64,000 bases of DNA from Candidatus Undinarchaeota archaeon (lineage in GTDB: Archaea; Undinarchaeota; Undinarchaeia; Undinarchaeales; UBA543): positions 4,328-68,327 of the forward strand of contig CAZMMZ010000003.1 in NCBI GenBank assembly GCA_964567575.1. Reading direction: 5' to 3'. The notes under the pieces were generated by a model. The model was not told the DNA's origin. It saw only the letters and a program-made list of their open reading frames with translations, and ran no database searches. Shown here in pieces: positions 18,157 through 24,828 of the stretch (position 1 is the stretch's first letter; every line of letters begins with the position of its first letter). The translations under genes were made by a program, and so were the position numbers.

Positions 18157-18477
18157 TCATATATGTTTCGGGTTACTACTTTCTTTTGATTTTTTTATTT
18201 TATTCTTTTTCAGTTTTTCACCGCGTGCTAATGCTTCATAACCAGGGAGTTTTCCTTTTATGTCTGCAAGTTTCTCTCGATATTTTGTAACTCTAATTTC
18301 ATATGTTGCTGGCAGGGTTTTCTTTTTAAATCGATCTTCTTGCGCTTTTTTAGTTAGTTTTTCTAATACTCTTTCTTCAATCTTGAGCATTTTTACTTTT
18401 TGTTTTGCTCTAAGTCGTCTGGTTATTCTAAATGTAAGTACAGTTCCAACTGAAAGGAAAATAATTAGAACTATCAA
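18157..18477 (-). CDS. TM-anchored basic or coiled-coil protein, possibly the C-terminal piece of a disrupted gene
   Basis: TM helix IVLIIFLSVGTVLTF followed by a K/R-rich helix. There is a 4-nt overlap with the upstream ORF. Confidence 0.35.
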   Translation of the reverse strand: MIVLIIFLSVGTVLTFRITRRLRAKQKVKMLKIEERVLEKLTKKAQEDRFKKKTLPATYEIRVTKYREKLADIKGKLPGYEALARGEKLKKNKIKKSKESSNPKHI

Positions 18478-18710
18478 ATGTTTCCAACGTCGTTGTAAAA
18501 ATGTTTTCCCAGCTTTTTTATTGTATTTAGTATTGTCATTTCTGCTCGTTTCTCTTCTAGCATAATTTCCATTTCTACAAGTTTTGTTTCAGCTTCTTCA
18601 TAACGTTCTTTTTTGAATGCAGCTACTGCTAATTCATATTCATTTTGTGTTTCTGTAATGTTTACTCCAGCTTCATTATACTCTTCAAGTTTTAATTCAA
18701 AAGCTCGCAA
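18474..18710 (-). CDS. Helical protein fragment; no ATG, and the frame stays open upstream to 18782
   Basis: The ORF track starts it at a TTG. The same frame continues without a start codon up to a stop at 18783-18785. Confidence 0.3.
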   Translation of the reverse strand: MRAFELKLEEYNEAGVNITETQNEYELAVAAFKKERYEEAETKLVEMEIMLEEKRAEMTILNTIKKLGKHFYNDVGNI

Positions 18711-18810
18711 TTCATCTAGTAATTCAAATCCTTTGTTTCTTCTTTCTGGAATTATTTTAGCTAATCTAAAAGCTTCATATAATCAGAATATCGTTTTCCA
18801 TTATCGTAGG

Positions 18811-19236
18811 TTGCTTGCGCTTAAAGGAATTCCAACAGGTGCTATTACAATTTTCCCATTAGGTTTTGACAAAATCGGGCCTGGTGAAAGCCAAAAATTC
18901 AAGATTATTTTCAACGCAAAGGACATTTCCATAGGGGAGTATGCCGGAGTTTATACGGCAGTTTCTGATCAGGGAGTAATCATGCAGAAAGACACTATTT
19001 TTGTTGTTAAAGAGAAACTGTCTGGAGCTACAATGTTTGTTCCAACAATAAAAAGACTAGCTTCATGGATATCAATCCCTGTCTTTTTACTTTTATTAAC
19101 TGGGTTTATATTTTTTATCAAGTTCTCACCAAAAAAATCTAAAAAGAATGTTTTGCAGCTGACATCAGTGTCTAAAATATCTAGAATAAAAAATTGGTTA
19201 TTCAAACATAAAAAGGAAAATCAGTCAAAAGTTTAA
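18811..19236 (+). CDS. C-terminal part of a surface (CARDB-like beta-sandwich) protein with a TM anchor; probably truncated
   Basis: IFPLGFDKIGPGESQKFKIIFNAKDISIGEYAGVYTAVSDQG followed by the TM helix WISIPVFLLLLTGFIFFI and a basic tail. Only a TTG (18811) is available as a start, and there is no signal peptide. Confidence 0.3.
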   Translation: MLALKGIPTGAITIFPLGFDKIGPGESQKFKIIFNAKDISIGEYAGVYTAVSDQGVIMQKDTIFVVKEKLSGATMFVPTIKRLASWISIPVFLLLLTGFIFFIKFSPKKSKKNVLQLTSVSKISRIKNWLFKHKKENQSKV

Positions 19237-19325
19237 AATTCGCAAACCTTTTTATATAATATAATAATAGCTGTGGATATGGCTCCACCAAAAAAGAAAA
19301 AACCGTGTTGCAAATAATTACAATC

Positions 19326-19937
19326 ATGAATTCAAAAAACCTAATCTTAATATTACTACTAATCACAGCAATTTTCTTTGCTGGTTGTATTGAACAATCA
19401 GTAGAAGAAGTGGAGGAACCTGAAGAAGTTCCTGACGAAATTATTGAGGAAGAAGAAATGGGTACTAAAGTATTACTAAAAACAACAATGGGCGACATAA
19501 CAATTGAGCTCGCTGACAACATGCCAATTACTACTGGCAATTTTGAGAAACTTGTTAAGGAAGGTTTCTATAATGGTGTAATTTTCCACAGAGTTATTTA
19601 TCAATTCATGATACAAGGTGGGGATCCAGAAGGAACTGGAACTGGTGGTCCTGGTTACAAAATCGAGGATGAGTTTGTAGAAGGAAGCACTAACTTGCGC
19701 GGAACAATCGCAATGGCAAATTCCGGTCCTAACAGCGGCGGGAGTCAATTCTTCATAAATCTTATTGATAATGAATATCTTGATTGGGACAAAGAACCAT
19801 TACAAAGCAAACATCCAGCATTTGGAAAAGTTGTTAACGGTATGAATGTTGTTGTTGATATCGGTGCTATGCCTGTTGGTCCTGGTGACAAGCCAGAGAC
19901 TGAAATCAAAATTATTGAGGCTACAATAATAGAATGA
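19326..19937 (+). CDS. Cyclophilin-type peptidyl-prolyl cis-trans isomerase, predicted lipoprotein
   Basis: FHRVIYQFMIQGGDP..GTGGPGY...MANSGPNSGGSQFFI, preceded by the signal peptide MNSKNLILILLLITAIFFAGC (lipobox-like AGC) and an acidic linker. Confidence 0.9.
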   Translation: MNSKNLILILLLITAIFFAGCIEQSVEEVEEPEEVPDEIIEEEEMGTKVLLKTTMGDITIELADNMPITTGNFEKLVKEGFYNGVIFHRVIYQFMIQGGDPEGTGTGGPGYKIEDEFVEGSTNLRGTIAMANSGPNSGGSQFFINLIDNEYLDWDKEPLQSKHPAFGKVVNGMNVVVDIGAMPVGPGDKPETEIKIIEATIIE

Positions 19938-20455
19938 AAATTAAAACAATTACTTTACTTTTGATACTGCTCTTAGCAGTTACTGTTGCTGGTTGCATTG
20001 AGCAACCTGTTGAAATAGGAGAAGAAGAGTTCTGTAATTCTGACAATGAGTGCATACCACTCCCTTCAGACTGTCACCCAGAAATCTGCATAAACCATGA
20101 GTATGCAGGGAATTATGAAACGCCCGAAGTGTGTACTGAAATCTTCATGTTAAATGCAGCTTACAAACCCGAGGATTGTATATGTGTTAATAATAGGTGT
20201 ACTAATAAGAATAAAGTTGATAATGTTGATCCGGATTCTAGCTCATTGACAATGGATGAAGCTCTTGAAATAATAAAGAATAGTGATTGTGCCCAGGAAG
20301 AACTTGAGGAAACTGTAAGTTACAATATTAATACAAAAACTTGGTGGTTTGATCTTAATTTAGAAAAAGAAGGTTGCAATCCTGCTTGTGTTGTTAATGA
20401 AGAAACAAAAACTGCTGAAATTAATTGGAGATGTACAGGTTTGATTGTGCCTTAG
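19934..20455 (+). CDS. Secreted Cys-rich lipoprotein, function unknown
   Basis: Signal peptide plus lipobox-like LAVTVAGCIEQ, with 12 further Cys. The ATG overlaps the PPIase stop. Confidence 0.55.
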   Translation: MKIKTITLLLILLLAVTVAGCIEQPVEIGEEEFCNSDNECIPLPSDCHPEICINHEYAGNYETPEVCTEIFMLNAAYKPEDCICVNNRCTNKNKVDNVDPDSSSLTMDEALEIIKNSDCAQEELEETVSYNINTKTWWFDLNLEKEGCNPACVVNEETKTAEINWRCTGLIVP

Positions 20456-20516
20456 TTATTAGAACTTCAAATCCAAAACTATATTAAACCAAAGTCGGAT
20501 TTTTGTTTAACGAAGT

Positions 20517-20867
20517 ATGAAAAATAATAAAGCACATCTGCACATCCCTGGAATTATTCTTAAAGTAATTATTGTTGGTAGTGCTGCTTGGATAACGTTC
20601 CTCCTTGCTATTGGAAAAACAGTTCCAACAAATGCGATTTTTGCATTTGCAATCCTTATGTTTTTTTCACAATTTGTTAATATGATGTTTGGGATGAATC
20701 CAATTGGAATGATTTCTGGAATGTTCGTTGCGTTGTTCGCGCTAATAATGGTTAAAGCGGTTTACAGTTATCCTTCTACAGCATTCGGAAAATTTTTCAT
20801 AAATAATCTTATTTTTATTGCACCAACTTTTGCAGTAATTGATATTATACGAGATATCATAGATTAA
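20517..20867 (+). CDS. Small polytopic membrane protein
   Basis: Four predicted TM helices and no recognised motif. Confidence 0.45.
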   Translation: MKNNKAHLHIPGIILKVIIVGSAAWITFLLAIGKTVPTNAIFAFAILMFFSQFVNMMFGMNPIGMISGMFVALFALIMVKAVYSYPSTAFGKFFINNLIFIAPTFAVIDIIRDIID

Positions 20868-20939
20868 TTTTTAAAAAGTAAGGGGTGCGCCAAAGATCTT
20901 ACCCTGTCAGCGCTTAGAAGTTTTCAGTTTATATCAGAT

Positions 20940-21554
20940 TTAGTATCTTTTTGGTTTGTGTTTCTGATAGCAGTCTCTGCAGTATACTGGTTTGTCGCCG
21001 GTTGGTTTGAAAGGCACCTGTGTTGACTGTCCGCAATCGGAGCAGGTTACAGTTGTCATTTCTCTTGGAGCACTGTCGTATCCACCTCGGCCTCCGCCTC
21101 GGTTTCCACCACCGAATCCGCCACCACGGCCGCCACCGCCACCGCCGAATCCACCTGACCTACGTGGAGGTCTGTGTTTCTGGTAGCAATCTTTGCAGTA
21201 TAGGGGTTTAGATTCATCAGGTTTGAAAGGAACTTCACAATCACTTCCGCAGTCTGCGCATTTAGCTTTGTAAATTTCGCGTCCACGGTCGTCGGTTTTT
21301 CCAGTTTTTTCTACTGTTGAAGTTGATTCTTCTGCCTGTGCTTCTGGAGCTGCTTCTTCTGCTGGCTCTTCTTCTGCTGACTCTTCAGCTGGTGCATCTT
21401 CTGTTGGTGCATCTTCTACTGATTCTTCTGGTGCTTTTTCTGAAGCATCTTCTGTGTTTTCTTCGGAACTTGTATCTTCTTTTGTTTCTACTTCTTCCTG
21501 TTCTGTGTTTGTTTCTTCCTGAGGTGCTGCCTCAGGTTCATCATCTGCGTACAT
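20940..21554 (-). CDS. Tandem CxxC-x17-CxxC zinc-ribbon protein with an RGG/Gly-Arg linker and an acidic N-terminal region
   Basis: CADCGSDCEVPFKPDESKPLYCKDC and CSDCGQSTQVPFKPTGDKPVYCRDC both have exactly CxxC-17-CxxC spacing. They are separated by RRSGGFGGGGGGRGGGFGGGNRGGGRGGY. The N-terminal 90 aa are E/A/T/D-rich. Confidence 0.75.
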   Translation of the reverse strand: MYADDEPEAAPQEETNTEQEEVETKEDTSSEENTEDASEKAPEESVEDAPTEDAPAEESAEEEPAEEAAPEAQAEESTSTVEKTGKTDDRGREIYKAKCADCGSDCEVPFKPDESKPLYCKDCYQKHRPPRRSGGFGGGGGGRGGGFGGGNRGGGRGGYDSAPREMTTVTCSDCGQSTQVPFKPTGDKPVYCRDCYQKHKPKRY

Positions 21555-21725
21555 TTTATTTTTACCTATTATTTTATTTCACAAAAAGAGTTACATATGT
21601 AATTCTTTTTTGTGCACGCTTTTTGAGAGTTAATGGGTATTTAAGGGTTGTGTTAGTCGAAAAATTAAAAATACAACGATATATTTTCAATGTGTTTAAA
21701 TACAACTTTATTATTCAAAACGAAC

Positions 21726-22700
21726 ATGCAGTACAACATATCTTTGTTAAGTATTGATCTTGAAACAGTAAATTCATTTGCAGCGAAGCTTGGCACAAAA
21801 GCAACTGAAAGCAATATTGTTCTATATCATGGCGATCTTGATGACAAAGTTTTGAATATTGCTGCTGCGATTTCATATCCTGAAAAAATCGAAACTGTTT
21901 TCCAATGCGCAGAAATTTCAGAATGTGCAATAGTGGTTCTGCCTGCTGATTACATTCTTGATTATCGTCTTGGCGAACTTGTAATAATCCTTAATTATCT
22001 TAATAAAAAAGTTTGTTTTATTATTGACAAAACTAATTGTGAAAGTGATTTTAAAATCGCTGACATGCGATCAAAACTAGAAGCACTTCTTGCAAATACA
22101 AGTTTGAAAGATTCAAAAATTATTGATGTTTCTTTGAAAAATGATTCTGAAATTAATGAATTAAAAGCATGGATAAAATCCATTGAGTTTGAAAAATCTG
22201 ACAAGCCATTGTTTGTCATGGATCATTTTTTTGATGTTAAAAGTATTGGAACTGTTTTACTTGGTGAACTTAAAACCGGAACCATGAAAGCATATGACAA
22301 GTTTAAGATTTATCCACTTAAGAAAGAAGTTCTTGTAAAATCAATGCAGGTTATGGATGTTGATCAAAAAGAAGTCCTTGCGCCGATTCGTCCTGGGCTT
22401 GCAGTGAAGGGTGTGAAAGTTGATGAGCTCAAACGAGGGTTTGTTCTTTCCGCTGAAGAATTGCCAGTGATTGAAGAACTTTCAGGAACTTTTGAAAAGA
22501 ATCCTTTTTACAAAAACGATATCAGTAACGGTGAAAAATATCGTGTTGCTCTTGGTGCGCAGATTGTTGAAGGTGTTATTGAAGATTTGAATTTCAAAAT
22601 GAAACTTGAGAAACCATTAGTGAAATATTTGGATACGGCAGTTATTTTCAGATCCGATCTGAAAACTGGTTTGAGAGTTGTTGGAAAAGTACGCATCTGA
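21726..22700 (+). CDS. EF-Tu/SelB-like protein with a degenerate G domain (beta-barrel domain II retained)
   Basis: FVMDHFFDVKSIGTVLLGELKTGTMKAYDKFKIYP..KEVLVKSMQVMDVDQKEVLAPIRPGLAVKGVKVDELKRGFVL matches translation-GTPase domain II. The N-terminal ~160 aa have Rossmann-like alternation but no GxxxxGK(S/T) motif. Confidence 0.6.
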   Translation: MQYNISLLSIDLETVNSFAAKLGTKATESNIVLYHGDLDDKVLNIAAAISYPEKIETVFQCAEISECAIVVLPADYILDYRLGELVIILNYLNKKVCFIIDKTNCESDFKIADMRSKLEALLANTSLKDSKIIDVSLKNDSEINELKAWIKSIEFEKSDKPLFVMDHFFDVKSIGTVLLGELKTGTMKAYDKFKIYPLKKEVLVKSMQVMDVDQKEVLAPIRPGLAVKGVKVDELKRGFVLSAEELPVIEELSGTFEKNPFYKNDISNGEKYRVALGAQIVEGVIEDLNFKMKLEKPLVKYLDTAVIFRSDLKTGLRVVGKVRI

Positions 22701-22759
22701 AAACATACAAAAAATTTTATATACTACATCAAGCCCTACTTAGTCAGGGGAATTATAAC

Positions 22760-23116
22760 ATGAAAATTAAAGATGTATTATCACAACAAAGCGCTACACT
22801 TGAAAATGTAGAAGTAACTGAAAAAGCTGATGTCAGAACTTTCCAAAAATTTGGTAAAGAAGGACGAGTTTGCAATGCTAATATCAAAGACGATAGTGGC
22901 GAAATGACACTAACATTATGGAACGATGAAATTGATGCTGTTAATGAAGGCGACAAAATTAGCATCGTTGATGGTTGGGTTTCTGAGTGGCAAGGCAACA
23001 AACAGATTTCTGCTGGACGAAATGGTAAGATTACAAAAGCTGGCGAAGAAGGCGCTGCAGCACCTGCTGAACCTGCAGAAGAAGTAGCTGTTGAAGACGC
23101 ACCAAAAAAAGAATAA
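22760..23116 (+). CDS. Single OB-fold nucleic-acid-binding protein (SSB/RPA-like) with an acidic tail
   Basis: VEVTEKADVRTFQKFGKEGRVCNANIKDDSGEMTLTLWNDEID...GDKISIVDGWVSEWQGNKQIS is the short archaeal OB-fold SSB pattern. The tail is AGEEGAAAPAEPAEEVAVEDAPKKE. Confidence 0.7.
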   Translation: MKIKDVLSQQSATLENVEVTEKADVRTFQKFGKEGRVCNANIKDDSGEMTLTLWNDEIDAVNEGDKISIVDGWVSEWQGNKQISAGRNGKITKAGEEGAAAPAEPAEEVAVEDAPKKE

Positions 23117-23158
23117 GTAAATTCTTTTATTTTGTTAATTAGTTAGCTCGGATGCTAA

Positions 23159-23812
23159 TTATTTCAAATCCGCATCATTATCATAACCACGGCTTTCCCA
23201 AAATCCTTCATAATTTTCATCATCTGTAAATTCAATTTCTGTAATCCATTTTACCCATTTGTATCCGAATTTTTGTTCTGCTACAACTTGGAATGGGAAA
23301 CCTCTTTCTTCTGGAAGTGTCATGTTATTCATTTTATACGCTATCATTATATTATTGTCAATCAAATAATCAAGTGGTAGCGCGCTTGTGTAACCATCGT
23401 AGGCATGGAATATTACTGTGTTCGCTGTGCCAAGGGGATTTGCATCTTCCACAAGATCTTCAAAAAGCACACCTTCCCAAAGAATTGTAGCGCTCCATCC
23501 TTCAACACAATTAAGTGTAACAACTTTGCTGTATGTCTGTCTGTCAATTACTTCGTCATACAAATACTCTTGAGGAGTTTCAACAAGTCCGTGTATTTTT
23601 AATTTATAATCTTCAATATCAACACGCTGAATTCCTTTGATTGAGTTTTCTCTGAAATCATTTGCTGATGAAAGTCGCTCACCTTCATATTCTCTTATTT
23701 CAATTTCATCAAGTTCTATTGTACTTTCTTTTCCATTCATTGAAACCCCACTCTCAATACAGCCAGCAAGCAATACAATTAAAATTAGTAAAATAATTAT
23801 TTTGAAGCGCAT
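23159..23812 (-). CDS. Molybdopterin-binding oxidoreductase domain protein (MsrP/YedY-like), predicted lipoprotein
   Basis: VVTLNCVEGWSATILWEGV (YedY-type Cys context), FHAYDGYTSALPL, ERGFPFQVVAEQKFGYKWVKWITEIEF. The signal peptide is MRFKIIILLILIVLLAGC. Confidence 0.7.
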   Translation of the reverse strand: MRFKIIILLILIVLLAGCIESGVSMNGKESTIELDEIEIREYEGERLSSANDFRENSIKGIQRVDIEDYKLKIHGLVETPQEYLYDEVIDRQTYSKVVTLNCVEGWSATILWEGVLFEDLVEDANPLGTANTVIFHAYDGYTSALPLDYLIDNNIMIAYKMNNMTLPEERGFPFQVVAEQKFGYKWVKWITEIEFTDDENYEGFWESRGYDNDADLK

Positions 23813-24009
23813 TTGAAACCTCTTCGATTAAGAATTAAATGTGTTACTCCAAACTGCAGCAAGTTTTAGAAGTCCTGTAATTAAAAGCACAGAAAATGAA
23901 ATCAGAAGAAGGTAATTCATATAACATCTTAATTTTGTTTGGTTCATAAAGAAACATAACTAAAATCTGTTTTTAAAGTTTTGGGGCGGCGCGCGCTCAT
24001 AGCTGAAAA

Positions 24010-24645
24010 TTACAAGTGCTTAATTGGTTTTTCGAGTTTAGGGTTTTTAATCATTAGTGTAAATGTAACTAATTGTAAAACTATTACTATAACAACCATT
24101 ATTACTGCAAGATATCCAAACCAATCAGGACCTCCACCATAAGTTGAAAAAAATTGGAAATAAATGAAATGTCCAGAAACTAAATAAAATACTGCGTGAG
24201 TTAGACTATGAAGCCATTTCCACAAATCTATACCTAAACCTTCAATTACTTTGCCAAAAGAAGTAGCTGTAAGCAATAATGACCAAAATAGGGCAATTAA
24301 ACCAAGTAAATTAGCAAGCCCATACCCCTCTCCACCAATATGTATTAAACTTGAAAACGATCTTAATACAAGTATAATTATAAAATGAACTAAAGCTGTT
24401 AAAGTAAACCAAATGCCAAGTTCTCCTCTCCAACTCCAAGGACTAAATAAAGGTGATGAACTTTGTGTAGGTTTTTTCAATCTCATTATTGGACCAATAA
24501 TTAAAATTAAAAATAATAAAATAAATGAAATCCTAGCAAATGATACAGTCCACGAAATATTCAGTAAAAATTTGAAAATAGAAACTAAACCTAAAGAAAA
24601 AATACCAACAATTAAATGTTGCCTTAAAGTATTTCTAGCATCCAT
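24010..24645 (-). CDS. Ferric-reductase-like transmembrane protein (MsrQ/YedZ-like haem-b membrane partner)
   Basis: Six TM helices with conserved-looking His residues in helices (LTALVHFIIIL; WLHSLTHAVFYLVSGHFIYF). It sits upstream of, and on the same strand as, the MsrP-like gene. Confidence 0.55.
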   Translation of the reverse strand: MDARNTLRQHLIVGIFSLGLVSIFKFLLNISWTVSFARISFILLFLILIIGPIMRLKKPTQSSSPLFSPWSWRGELGIWFTLTALVHFIIILVLRSFSSLIHIGGEGYGLANLLGLIALFWSLLLTATSFGKVIEGLGIDLWKWLHSLTHAVFYLVSGHFIYFQFFSTYGGGPDWFGYLAVIMVVIVIVLQLVTFTLMIKNPKLEKPIKHL

Positions 24646-24706
24646 AATTTTACTAAATTAAAATTGAGTATATATATTTTGTTTTTAGGGGAAAATTAAA
24701 ATTTGG

Positions 24707-24790
24707 TGCGGGGGACGAGGTTCGAACTCGCGAATCCACTAAGGAACTAGGCCCTCAACCTAGCACGTTTGACCACTCCGCCACCCCCGC
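24707..24790 (-). tRNA. tRNA-Leu (anticodon GAG), type II with a long variable arm; CCA is encoded (24704-24706)
   Basis: The reverse complement reads GCGGGGG-TG-GCGGAGTGGTCAAACGTG-CTAGG-TTGAGGG-CCTAG-TTCCTTAGTGGATTC-GCGAG-TTCGAAC-CTCGT-CCCCCGC-A. It has a 7-bp acceptor stem, a TTCGAA T-loop, anticodon loop TTGAGGG and no intron. Confidence 0.93.
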
Positions 24791-24818
24791 AGAATTAAGT
24801 TTTGTTGTCATCAGTGTT

Positions 24819-24827
24819 ATTTAAAAG
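24819..24827 (-). promoter_or_regulatory. Candidate TATA box for tRNA-Leu
   Basis: The minus strand reads TTTTAAATA about 30 nt upstream of the tRNA 5' end, directly after the stop of the preceding gene. Confidence 0.4.
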
Positions 24828-24828
24828 T

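Noticed and set aside
19202-19540. A 112-aa minus-strand ORF overlapping the start of the cyclophilin gene.
   Set aside because: It is Ser/Ile-rich low complexity and antisense to the signal-peptide and acidic-linker coding region of a well-supported gene.
20868-20939. A locally G+C-richer spacer (AAGGGGTGCGCC...CTTACCCTGTCAGCGC), checked as a possible tRNA or small RNA.
   Set aside because: It has no acceptor/T-arm complementarity and no GTTCGAA-type T-loop. Only a weak 5-bp hairpin (GTAAG...CTTAC) is present, which is not enough for any call.
21317-21757. A 146-aa Leu-rich plus-strand ORF. Similar Ser/Phe/Leu-rich ORFs occur at 12216-12471, 54670-54921 and 55281-55574.
   Set aside because: All of them are the reverse complement of GAA/GAG/GCA/AAG-rich tail-coding regions of real genes. 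Antisense poly-E/K/A reads as poly-F/L/S, so this is an artefact of the low-complexity tails.
23843-23920. A 25-codon minus-strand ORF (MNYLLLISFSVLLNYRTSKTCCSLE) between the MsrQ-like and MsrP-like genes.
   Set aside because: It is too short, has no motif and has no visible ribosome-binding or conservation evidence. It may simply be spacer sequence.
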